From NCBI GenBank assembly GCA_964270895.1, contig OZ185435.1: DNA of 64,000 bases; one strand, written 5' to 3'. Shown piece after piece: positions 1 to 12,300 of the stretch (its first letter is position 1; each line of letters begins with the position of its first letter). A model generated the notes under the pieces. That model worked only from the letters and a program-made list of their open reading frames with translations, made no database searches and was not told the DNA's origin. The position numbers were made by a program, and so were the translations under genes. Source of the stretch: Podarcis filfolensis. Its lineage: Eukaryota.

Positions 1-1807
1 CCCTGCTAGAGACACTCAGTTGCTCCAAAGGAGTATGCTTGCTGGGCAGTGTGTCAAAATGTCCTGGTGCAGTAAGGATCTTTTGACACTGCATCAGAAG
101 CATCACTGTGTTGCAGTGCAGAGCAACTGGATTGTCAAAAGGGCATAAGGATAAGCGTCCAGCTTCCAGCTCATCCCTTTCCCTCAGACTTTACAGCACT
201 GCTCTTGCGCTGAATGTGATTCCCCTCTTAGTAATTCCCTCTCATGAAACCAGATGCCGTGTCTTCTTCCAGCAACTCTTGGCCAATGTTCCTATCTCCA
301 AACACACCCAACAAGCTGCAGCAGAAATTGCAGAGTCAGCAAGGCCAGTCTGAGTGAAGGACCTTGTACCACTAGTGTCAAGTATCATGGGTGGAGGAAT
401 AACTATGTTACAAGCTCTTCAGGAACAGGGAGCCCTACCCCTCTCCAGATCATGAGAGCTTCAAGTCTTTTGTCTGTGGCACATCATGCAGAATGCCCTC
501 AATCACCATATTGAGATGGTTGCATAATGCCTCCAAAGAACTCTGTTGATTCCTGTCACAAGTGTATGATCTCATAATCCCATTCTCTGGTCATCTGAAG
601 TGTGTGTGTGCGTGTGTTGTGGGAGAAGCTGCTTCCTTTTCTGCTAGCCCCTCCTCTGGACATGCATTGGCAGAAATGGTTGCTGTTGAGGCAGCTTGAA
701 GCCTGTACAGTTGCCACCGGGAGCCACGCAGAGGCAGATGGGGACATGGGCTCCTTTGCCCGAGCACAAGAGCAGCTTTCAAAGCTACGTTGGCAGCTAG
801 TGGCAGCCTCTCTCTTTCATTGGCTGCAGAGAGGACAGTCTCTTGGGACAGTATATCCCACTGCCCTCCCTTCTCTTTCTGCCTCTATGTACTGCTTCAT
901 GCAGGTCCCGGGGCATTCCTTTCGTACTGAAATCCAGCAGCACGCCAGGCAAACAAAGTGGCTAGGAAACAATGCTTTAAGTCTCCAAGGCCTAGGAAAC
1001 TTCTAGCTGCAGGTTTAGTTTTATTTTGGGGGGATATTGGGAGGAGCAAATGAAGGCTTCCAAAGGACTGCAGGGGGAAGTTAGGCTTGGGCAAATGCAG
1101 CTGAGGAAATAATTTAACATAGAAAAAATAATAATCTAATTTCAGCAAATACAGCAAAATGGGAACTGGGAGCAGCAAATGAACAAGGGGACATATTAAA
1201 TGGCTTTTAGAGAAATTTGGGGGTGTTGTTCTGGAGTCCATCAGAAGTTTGCTTTTACGTTCATTGTTTTTGTTCAGAAAGTATGCATGCCTTTTGTTAA
1301 CCATTGGTGCAAGTATGTTTCCTTGTCCCTGCCTCTCCCATTGTACATATAGTAGTTTTCTTACTTGAATCCATTTAGAAATGTTATATGCTGCCTTTCT
1401 ACAAGCTTAGCGTTCAATGTGCACCTTCCTTCTGCTTGGCCTGTGAGGCCCTGGGGGCCTGTTTAAGATACCCTTTTGCAGGAGACAGTGCTTTTTAACT
1501 TAGCAGCAGAGGAAGAGCCTTCCCTGAAGCTGCTTCCTGTAACATTCTCCTCCACTTCTGCCCTGGGAAAGCAAGGACTTCCCTGGTAGAGAGATGGGCA
1601 GAGAGTCTGGTGGTACCAGGGCTGAAGCACGAGTGGGTGAGCCAAAGCAGCCTCTGGGAGTAGCTCCCTGAGAGACACAAAAGGGGCTGAAGCAGCTAGA
1701 GATGAGTTAGGTGAGAGAGAGACCCTGCTTGCCTCTGACACAGCACATGGCAGCATCACTGGGGACAGACTTTCCAGAATCCTTTAATTCATGATAGCCA
1801 AGGAATT

Positions 1808-2117
1808 ATGATAGTCATATTCAAATATCTGAAGGGCTGTCACATGGATGATGGAGCAAAATTGTTTTCTACTGCTACCAGGGGGACTCAAACTGATGGA
1901 TTCAGATTACAAGAAAGGCGATTTCAACTAAACATAAGGAGAAACTTTCTCACAGTAAGAGCTGCCTCAACAGGTGGACTCTCCTTCATTGGAGATTTGT
2001 AAACAGAGGTTGGGTGGCCATCTGTCAGGGATTCTTTAGCTGTGATTCCTGCATTGCAGGGGGTTGGACAACATGGTCCTTGGCTCCTTTCCAACTCTAG
2101 AATTATAGGATTCTATG
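1808..2117 (+). mobile_element. CR1 LINE 3' fragment
   Basis: ORF2 C-terminus MIVIFKYLKGCHMDDGAKLFS...RFQLNIRRNFLTVRA, followed by the CR1 3' UTR ending ggattctatg. Confidence 0.85.
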
Positions 2118-3218
2118 CTTCATAGGCTGTGCACCTTTAAAAAGCATATACCCTTCTCATAAAAGTGTGCTTTAATGTCTGGTACTCCAGTGAATGTCTT
2201 GCTCCATGGCCTTATCCAAGTAATAATATCATTTTTGATAGGATCTCTTTGTGAAATACAATGGATACATGGTTACTGCCAACCTGTGTCCCTCCTCGCA
2301 CCCAGAAACTGAATCCTGATTAATTGGCTACTGGATTGATCGCGAGCATGGTGCCTTCCAGATGTTGTTGGGACTCCCAAGTCTCATCATTCAACTAACA
2401 TGGCTAAGCGATAAGAGATAATAGGAGTTGTCATCCAGCAACCTCTGCAGAGCACCACCTTGACTCACTCTGGGCTGCTGCTTTGGAGGGGATGGAGAAA
2501 TGCCAGGAGCTACGCTGTAAAATGCAGCTCAGCCCATTGTGGCAGCAGTGTGTTAGAATGCCTGAAATTCTTTGACCAATGGGAACAATGGCTCATCCAC
2601 ATTTATGTTTGCCCTGCCACTTCCCCCTGGGAAAACCTGTGATTCAGCGCTGAATTGGAACAAACAGCAGTCAGGTTTTCTGCATAGTGCTGTTTGTTCT
2701 GATTTAGCACTAAAGAGAGAGTTTTCCAGGGCAAAGGCAAAACCACTTGGAAAGAGAGAGCATTTGTGTGATTCAGTCTCCCTGCAGCAGTGAAGCACAA
2801 GTGAATGGTACCCAGAAATGTGACATTTTGCTTCATTCTGACGTAGGCTTGGGGGGTGTTACGAAAAAGGAGCAATGCTGCTGAGTGCTCCAGGTGGCTG
2901 GAACCCCAGTCCCCCCCAGTCCCCCCCCAACCCCAGTCCCCATGCCTTGCTCCATCTCCTCTCCTTTTCCCCTTTTTTCTCAACTGCTTCATTGTGGACC
3001 TGGCCTACAGTGGTTCTGGCATCTGCGGCTGCAGCAGCAACAGATGGATTTAGCTGTTGAATCCCTATGAATGCACACAGACAATAGCCGGCTGGGGGAG
3101 GGGGGAGGGGGAAGCAGCAGGGCCATAGGCTGGAGTTTGGGGGGGGTTGATGGGGCCCCCTTTGTGCCATGCGCCGTTTACCCTTGCAGCTACAAGGCCG
3201 CTTTGTTCTTTTGCTCAG

Positions 3219-3300
3219 GACACTCTGAATAACAACTCTCTGGGGAAAAAGCACAGTTGGCAGGAGCGAGTGTCCCGGTCGTCATCCCCTCTGAAAACTG
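3219..3300 (+). CDS. MAPK8IP1: MAPK8IP1 exon 4 (82 nt)
   Basis: ttgctcag|GAC ACT...AAA ACT G|gtgagt; [27 protein letters not shown]. Confidence 0.95.
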
Positions 3301-6300
3301 GTGAGTTCATCTCTGTACAGCGACTGGTTCTCTTTCTATCTTTTTCCTCCCCCTTTTTGCATGATGGTACATTCTCTGGCGCTTGGACCTTCTCACTACA
3401 TCCTTCTAATATGTTTTCACTTTGGCCTGCATCTTGAAACGGATGCTATAGTTTTATTAATTGACTGGTGGCACACGAGGCATGGGGGGTTTGACTTTTC
3501 CTGCCTACTCTCCTTCAGAACAGGCTTATTCTAAAAATCCAAGGCCAACTCACAATGTGGCTCTTGTTACATCATCTCAAGACAATCTGTGGCAGAAGAG
3601 CTAGTGTGATAAAGTTGGGTGCAAGTGCTGGAATTGGGTTCAAAAAGCCCCGTCAGACAAGGCACTCAATAGATGGTCTGAGAAATTAACTCTCTCAGTG
3701 CAACTTTCCTCACAGGGTTGTGAAGTGAAAGCAACATGAACAGCATTCTGGGGTCCTTGAAGTAAGGGGAGATATCAATTTAATAACAACACTTGGGGAG
3801 GAATCCAGTGTCCTGCTAAAACTAAGTTCTGTCAGCAAGAGCATTTCTGCTTGCCCAGTGGAATGATCTGCCCCCTCATCTTCCTCTATGCTGTTCTGCT
3901 TGATGGACATACCAATCTCTTCTCTGCTTCTGCTGAATGCTGTTCTGAGGGTTCTCCGGAGCAGATTTAGGGAACATGGGGAGGAGAGTTCTGTTGAACT
4001 AGCGGGACACGTTGTGCTGGCTTCTGCTTGCACAATAATTTAGTTGAATCTGGCCCTGAGGGCAAGATTTAACTAATGAGCCCTGCGAGCGGAAACCTGG
4101 GCAAGGACTTCCACTAGTGCAACGGAGCTTCCCTCCCTTCCCCACTCCCACAAAATTGGCTGTGTGGAAGTCAGGAGAAAACCTCTGGAACCAGAGGTGT
4201 AGGAAGGTCAGGTGGTACTTGGTGCGGAAAGTTTCTTGTCACCCCCCCCCCTTTGATTTTTGAAAAAAAAATTGCCTGCAAAAATCGTTTTACGTTATTT
4301 CATATTTTCTTACAAAGGAATAATAATAAGTAATAATAATAATTAACTTTTATTTATATCCCACCCTCCCCGGCCGAAGTTGGACTCAGGGTGGCTAACA
4401 TCAGATACATAACATTGGTATAAAATCAAGCAATAATTAAATTACCTCCTAAAAATATGTCAAAATCAAATTAAAGTCTAATTAGATGGCTTTTCAGGGT
4501 TAGGGTTGGGAACAGTAAGTGCACCACTGAATTGAAATTTCAGCCTTCACGACATAGGAAAACAGCCAAGCAAACAGCTATTTTCGTGGAGGAGGGTCAA
4601 GATATTAACTGATATGCATGAAATTTCATATACAGTATAGCTATATAATCCCTAGTGTAGTAAGTTAAGACCTTTGGAGCAGGCATTTTTTAAAAAAAGT
4701 TTTTTATGAACCGCCCTAGTAGGGCAGTAATTGTTCCTTGATAATTTGTCACCCCCTTCCATGATGGAATCTGGGCACCCCGCCCCCCTTCTTACGCCCC
4801 TGTCTGGAACAGGTCATGGGAGAAGGAGAAAGCAGATCTTCCATCAGGCAAGCAGAAAGGCTTGTGCTGACAGAGCAATCTTCCTAGTGTGCTACATTTA
4901 ATTCCTTCCTCTCATAATATCCTTGTGGTCCCTGGAAACTAGTTCCTTTGCTATTCGTTCCAGTTTTGAACTTACTAATTCCAAACGTTGGTCATTCCAG
5001 TTAGAAGGTTTTATAACAACTTTGGGGTGTGAATGCTAATACTTAGGACTTGGTATACCAACTCTGCTTATTATTGTCCCTGACTATTGTAATGTTCCAC
5101 AGGCCCCACCAAGTGAAACAGCTCCTCTCAGCTCCTTAGATTCAGTCCCTAGGGTGACTGGCCTTCACAACAGCTGCTTTTGCCACCATTCTGAATTAAC
5201 TGTGCTGAGATGTACCCAGACACTGTTGCCCTCGTTCCTTTGGCTGACCTAAACCTCTAACCCCACCTTACCCACCCTTAGGTGAGCAGACCCCTCCCCA
5301 TGACCACGTTTGCCTGAGTGATGAGGTCACTCACCAAAACAGCACAACCTCCACCAAAGATCGGGGCACATCCACGGAGAGCCCGTGCCGGCGTACGGCT
5401 GCCACACAGATTGCTCCAGCCTGTGTTGCCTCGTCCCGGGCACCGGAGAAACAGCAGGTTGCAAACCGCCCCCCACCACAGAACCCCACCGTTGTAGTAG
5501 TGACACGGGGGCCAGAAGCTTATCGGGACCGCATTCGCTACCAGACAGATGTGAGGCTGGAGGCTACTGAGGAGATTTACCTCACACCAGTGCAAAAGAA
5601 TTCTGACCCTCTGGAGTCTGAGAAGCCATTCATGTCACAGTCCAGTGATAACCGGATGTCTATCAGCTCTGATATAGACACTTCCAGCTACCCACAACTG
5701 GCAGGAAAACCTAACACCTCAATCAGTGAGGAGGATGAAGTGCTGGACTACCTGTCCTCACCTGACAAAATGAACGCACCAAGGACTGTGTATGGCAGCA
5801 GCAGCAATGGCAGCTACCGGCCCTGCCATAGCCGCCAGAGGGCGTCTGTGAGCTCCGACACCAGTGCCCTCTCCTACGATTCGGTCAAATACACTCTTGT
5901 GGTAGACGAGGACGTGCAGCTGGAACTCGTAAGCCTGAAACAGTGTTACTCGGGTTACAGCGACGAGAGCGATTCAGCCACTGTCTACGACAACTGTGTC
6001 TCCTCACCCTATGAGTCAGCCATTGGGGAGGAGTATGAGGAGGACGCCCTGAAACGTGACTCTGTCTGTCTCTCTGAGGACTCCACCCCTGAGGCAGACA
6101 TCCATTTCTCCAAGAAGTTCCTCAACGTCTTCATGAGCGGACGGTCACGCTCCTCCAGTGAGTGCTGGGGCAAATTCCAGTATGAGCATTGGTATTGGAG
6201 CGGGGGGCGGGGAGGGACCTGGAATTTCACAGCATATCATAGCAGATTTCACTTGCTCAGGCATTAAAACCCAATGCCTTGGGGGGGGGGGTACAAGAAA

Positions 6301-9300
6301 GTTGTTGGTCAATACAAGAGACAGTTCTATGAAAAATAATCTTGTTTAGACCAAAGGTGACCTCAGAAGACCTTAGAGCAACTTGGATGTGTAGTTCAAG
6401 AAAATGTCAAATATGTTCAAGAGCAGCTTTTGCCAACTGGGTTTCCCTCCAGACACTTTAGACTATGACTTGGTTGTGATAGCTTGGGGTGATGGGAGCT
6501 ATAGTCCAAAACATCTGGAGGGAACTGGATTGGTGAAGGTTGGTTTACAGTCTCATGCTGGTGTCTGAATGGGTTGAGGAACAAAATCTCCCTAAACATA
6601 AGTGTATGGCCATGGCATAATACTTTCTCAGAACTCAATAAATCAAGATTGCTTGGGGCAATTTATTGAAAGGAATATGACATGGGTATTGTTGCCACAC
6701 ACGTTTCTTTTGTCCCACCATCACCTCTGGCAAGCAGGGTTTTAGAAACACTTCAACGCCCCGAAAAACCTGTTTACCAGAGATGACAGGGAGAGTAGTA
6801 GACACACTATGGGGAACAATCCGTTCCTCATATCACCTCCAACACTGAAGGAAAAGAAGTATGTCTCCAGTCCTTTTATCTGCTCCATAAGAAGCTACCA
6901 GCTCAGTCAATTGGTTGTTTTCATGTAGATGCTCATTAAGAGGCCAAAGTATGCTAGACCTTTTTGACTGGCTTTTTCTCTAGTGGATTCCTGCAGGAAA
7001 TCCTTGGGCTACTGTCACGTGTTGTTGCCTCCATTTTATCTTACATTATATTGAATTGAGGCTTACATTATATTGAGTTTTGGAACCCATCAATTTCTGC
7101 CACATTTGCAGGAGGTGTGGTGAGGCTGCAGAGTAAAGCTTTGGCTAACTTTATTGAGAGCACAACACCATTGTTCTCCCAACTGGATATGCTGTGAAAT
7201 AGTGGCTCCTGTCAGAACTTACAACAATGAAACACACCCACCCAGAATGTTATCATTGGTCAGGTTATACCTCTCTGTATCGCATTGTCCCATTGAGGGT
7301 ACCTACACGAGAGCAGCTACTCATGCATAGAATTCCCACTCCTCACAGAGAATCTTAGGAAGCTGTGCAGTTAAGATGATTGTTGGGCACTTCTGATTTG
7401 GCAAAACAGGTTCCAGAAAACAGTTGACTTCATTGCTTGAAGATGAGAGTTATTAGGTGGCTATAGTATTTTCCCCCACTTCATTTCCAGGTGCTGAATC
7501 ATTTGGTCTCTTCTCTTGTATTATCAATGGGGAGGAGCAAGAGCAGACACACCGAGCAGTCTTCAGGTGAGTGCAGATAAAACCTTTTGCCCCAGAAGCC
7601 TCCCATCCACCCAAACAGTGGTGTTTTCCAACCTGTGACCACCTGAATTGCAGAGATGTCATCTAAGGCATAAGGTGTCTTCAGTGGCCTTGATCTATGG
7701 ATCTCAGTTTGTGGTACAGATAGAAAAACATACTTGGAACTGGGTTCTCACCAATGGAAGGTTTTCGATTCAACATCCAGGGTTGCCTATATTGGACACT
7801 GGTTGTGAGGATTTGTTAAGCCAGGGGAGAAATTGTTTTTCAGAGCTTACGTATGCAAATAACATATCCCTGTTAGCTTGATAGGGTGCAAAAGAGTTGC
7901 CAAAAGCACACAAAACTCCATTCATAATGTTAGGCTTTGAAAGTTACTGGACTGGACCAATACCCAAAATCCATTATGCCTCGTTGAGTCACCAAGAAGT
8001 CTTCCTCACAGTGGCCCTCATCATTGCAAAGCTGAATCCAGAGAATAAACACAGCTCCTCTAACATTCATTCCCTTGGTTATATCAAAGGATTGATTATT
8101 CCTTAGATTTATTGAGCCTTTCTCACCAATAGCTCCAACCAGGCATAAACCAAAAGAAAAGTTTGACGATTCTTGAAATATTATAGGTAGGTAGTTTGTA
8201 ACAACCCTTGCCTTAACTTGTGGTTCTTGGCATGGGCGACTTGTTCCAGAAACATGGCCTGCATGTCAAGTTTTCACATACATGAGGTAGCTGCTTAGCA
8301 ACAAGATGGAGTTCTAACCTTGTTCTGTACCCTAGGATTGTGTGGCTGGCTTAGGATACGGCCAGCTAACATTGCACATTCATTATGGCGTCTTCAGTGG
8401 GGTAGCAGCTGAGGAACAGCATATGGCAGTTTGAAGTAGATACTTTTGCGGGGGGAGGGAGTTAACTATGGAGAAGTAGCTCCTTCAGTCTTCCATGAGC
8501 AGCTCCTCTGAGGTGGCACCACTCATGTGAGAAGTTATTTGCTAAGCCAAGCCTAGAGAAATAACATCTGTGCCAACATGCAGGCACTTTTCGTCTAGTG
8601 TGCTAGCAGTGAGAGTTTAGGCCGTTACCTTTTGACCCCCAATACATAATTTTTTGCAGGTCTCTTTCTTGAACCTTACAATGGGCTTGTATCTTCAGAG
8701 CTTTGGTTCGATAAGTTGCATGGTTTTCTCCTCAGGTTTGTGCCTCGTCATGAAGATGAACTGGAATTGGAGGTTGATGACCCTCTGCTGGTGGAGGTTC
8801 AGGCTGAAGACTATTGGTATGAGGCTTATAATATGAGGACCGGGGACCGGGGCATCTTCCCTGCTTACTACGCAATTGAGGTCACCAAGGATCCAGATCA
8901 TATGACAGGTACTTACCCCATCAATAATAATAATAATAATAATAATTTATTATTTGTACCCCACCCATCTGGCTGGGTTTCCCCAGCCACTCTGGGCGGC
9001 TTCCAACAAAGATGAAAAATACACTAAAATGTCACATATTAAAAACTTCCCTGAACAGGACTGCCTTCAGATGTCTTCTGAATGTCAGGTAGTTGTTTAT
9101 CGCTTTGACATCTGATGGGAGGGCGTTCCACAGGGCGGGTGCCACTACCGAGAAGGCCCTCTGCCTGGTTCCCTGTAACTTGGCCTCTCGCAGTGAGGGA
9201 ACCGCCAGAAGGCCCTCGGAGCTGGACCTCAGTGTCCGGGCAGAATGATGGGGGAGGAGACGCTCCTTCAGATATACTGGACTGAGGCCGTTTAGGGCTT

Positions 9301-12300
9301 TAAAGGTCAGCACCAACACTTCAATGTTCTGCTACCCACACATATCTGGCCGCTTGTACCCATTCCTGCTCTGTGCTCATGCACTTCAGTCCTGGCTCAG
9401 AGCTGTCTTGTAAACCAGGACTTTTCCTGAGAAAATGCTGACACTTCAGACACTCTTCAAAGTGGAAGGGAAAAGGACAAAGCTGGTGTACAAATTATCA
9501 CTCATATGAAGGAGTGTAGATGTTCACGACTTGTGTCCCATCCCTGACAGCTATGTCAGTAATTAGAGCAACCAGAAGTCTGTTCCCTCCTAACTTTACG
9601 CCATGTAGGATATCTATGTGAATCGGATTCTTCTCACCTACCTTGAACTTGATTTTTAGATTCAAGCAAGAGTAGCGATTGGGTGGACCAGTACCGGGTG
9701 AAGTTTCTCGGCTCAGTCCAGGTTCCATATCATAAAGGCAATGATGTGCTGTGCGCAGCTATGCAGAAGGTACTGTACTGTCCCTGTCCATCCCTGCTAA
9801 GCCATGGTTTTCCCACGGGACATTTTCTTTGGTGGGAGGGAAAATGTGATGTCATTTTGTTTAGAAAATGTATATTGTGCCTTTCAATGCAACTATTGAA
9901 AATACAACTATTCTCAAGGCAGAGAAGATCAAACCAACATACGATTAAAATGCCAAGAAAACTGTCAGAAGGAGGTGTGTGGGTGTGTTAAGTTACCAAA
10001 TTGGCACTTTAACCATAAAAAGCTTCTTGGGTAAATAAATTTGCTTTTAAAGGTAAAGGTACCCCTGCCCGTACGGGCCAGTCTTGACAGACTCTAGGGT
10101 TGTGCACTCATCTCACTCTAGAGGCTGGGAGCCAGCGCTGTCTGCAGACACTTCCGGGTCACATGGCCAGCGTGACAAGCTGCATCTGGCGAGCCAGCAC
10201 AGCACACACGGAGACGCTGTTTACCTTCCCGCTAGTAAGCGGTCCCTATTTATCTACTTGCACCCAGGGGTGCTTTCGAACTGCTAGGTTGGCAGGCGCT
10301 GGGACCAAGCAGCGGGAGTGCACCCCGCCGCGGGGATTCGAACCGCCAACCATGCGATCAGCAAGTCCTAGGCGCTGAGGTTTTACCCACAGCGCCACGT
10401 TTGCTTTTAGTGCCTACTTAAAAAGGCAAAGTCCTGAATCTGGAAGATCTCTGTAGGCAATTGGTTCTGCAGTCTGTGGACCTCCAGCCAGAAGGCACTT
10501 TTGTGGTGGCTACCAATTCAATAGAAAATAGAACCACAAGGAGATTAGCTGCATTGTATCTTTAGGGAGGAGAATATACATATGCAGATGGTCCCCATAG
10601 ATATTCCAGGCCCAGGCTGTGAGTGACATTAAGATGTCCATACCAGCATCTTGGCCTGGAAGCAACTGGCTGCCGTTGGAGCTCACATAGGATTGGTATT
10701 ATCTGCTCCCCATGGCTGTTGGTAGAAATCAGTCTGGTGTTTGCATTCTAGACCAGTTGCAGCTTCTGAATAACCTTCAGGAGCAGCCACGTGGAGAGTA
10801 TGTTGCAGCTGTCTAGGTGGGAGGGTACCATGGCATGGCACCACAGTGACGAGATCTCTGTCTTCTAGGAAGGGGTGCAGTTGGCAGATTGGTGGCAGCT
10901 GATAAAACAGACACTTAGCCACTGCTTTGGACATAGAGTCCAGGAGGATGCCTAAATTAAAGAGGCACACACTCAACTTTGCAAACCTGCTCTTTCTGGG
11001 GTAGCCTCATTCTGAATAGGCTTTATGTCTTTCTGGGGTAACTTCATTCTGTATAGGCTTTTTGTTACTCCGCTGGCATTTACGCTGCCCACTATATGCA
11101 AGTCCATCCTGAATGGATAAAGCTTCCATTGGTTCACCCTCATCCTGTACATTAGCAACATCTGAAAGTTATGCGTGCTTTCTGGAATCTTTCATCAAGA
11201 TTCCTTGGTAACGCCATACCTAGTTCAGATGGAAGTGGGGGAACAAGAGCTAAAACATAGAAGGAATTAAGCAGTGGGCAAGTTTGAAAACACACTCATC
11301 ATTTGTTGCTGTTGTTACCTTCCTCCCTAAGGAGCCCAGAGCAGCTTGCAACAATAAAACCACATCATAAAACAACAGAATCAGTGTAAAATAATGTATC
11401 AATTAAAAAAGTTGAAATACCGAACACCATACCTAATGCAGCAGAGAAGATTAATGAGTCATCCATACCCTCTTCACCCTTCACCAAAGGCATGAATAAG
11501 CCGGTGTGCTTCTTAACTGTTAGAGAAGGATGTCAGTGTTGGGGACAAGTGCAATAACTTGATTGAGTGGGAATTCCAGAACTGAGGTGCAGCCACAGAG
11601 AAGGTCCTGCTCATTTCATAGCCAGTCAAGCCATGCTCATTGGCAGAACCATGAGCAGGGCCTCCTCCACAACACTTAAAGCACTATCCAGGTATTATTG
11701 GGGAACGCACTCCTGCACTCCACCAAAAGCTATCATGGGTTATAAATATTAACACACTTAGTATAGTATGGTGAAGTGGTTAAGAGCGGTAGACTCGTAA
11801 TCTGGTGAACCGGGTTCGCGTCTCCGCTCCTCCACATGCAGCTGCTGGGTGACCTTGGGCTAGTCACACTTCTTTGAAGTCTCTCAGCCCCACTCACCTC
11901 ACAGAGTGTTTGTTGTGGGGGAGGAAGGGAAAGGAGAATGTTAGCCACTTTGAGACTCCCTAGGGTAGTGATAAAGCGGGATATCAAATCCAAACTCCTC
12001 CTCTTGTTGTTGTTGTTTCCCAGCTAAGCTTAAAAAAAAAGCAGTTCTCTTGGTATTTGATGTGGGAAAGATACCTGTGGAGGTTGCTTATTGACCAATG
12101 CCAGTGATATCACCGATGCCCCTCCTTATTCGCCATCCATATAGCAGTTCTGCAACTGATGTTAATACTTTGCAATTTTTAAATAATGTGAAGAATGAAT
12201 TTAACATATATTAATGTGGAGTGTGGGTGTGTATGTATATGTATGGCTATATATACAGCAATCCTGGGACATTATGTCTACCTTCAACCCTTGTCTCCTC

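Noticed and set aside
3181-3218. Upstream cryptic acceptor ttgcag| at 3189
   Set aside because: Adds 29 nt and shifts the frame; no support.
5500-6267. 255-aa ORF as a stand-alone gene
   Set aside because: It is part of MAPK8IP1 exon 5 reading on into intron 5.
7490-7498. REST/RE1 left half-site TTCAGCACC (minus strand); human MAPK8IP1 is REST-regulated
   Set aside because: No GGACAG right half, and it lies in coding sequence; the known element is near the 5' end of the gene, outside the window.
10330-10399. tRNA-like A/B boxes here and at 11765, 39930, 48200
   Set aside because: SINE heads followed by SINE bodies; no cloverleaf, so not tRNA genes.
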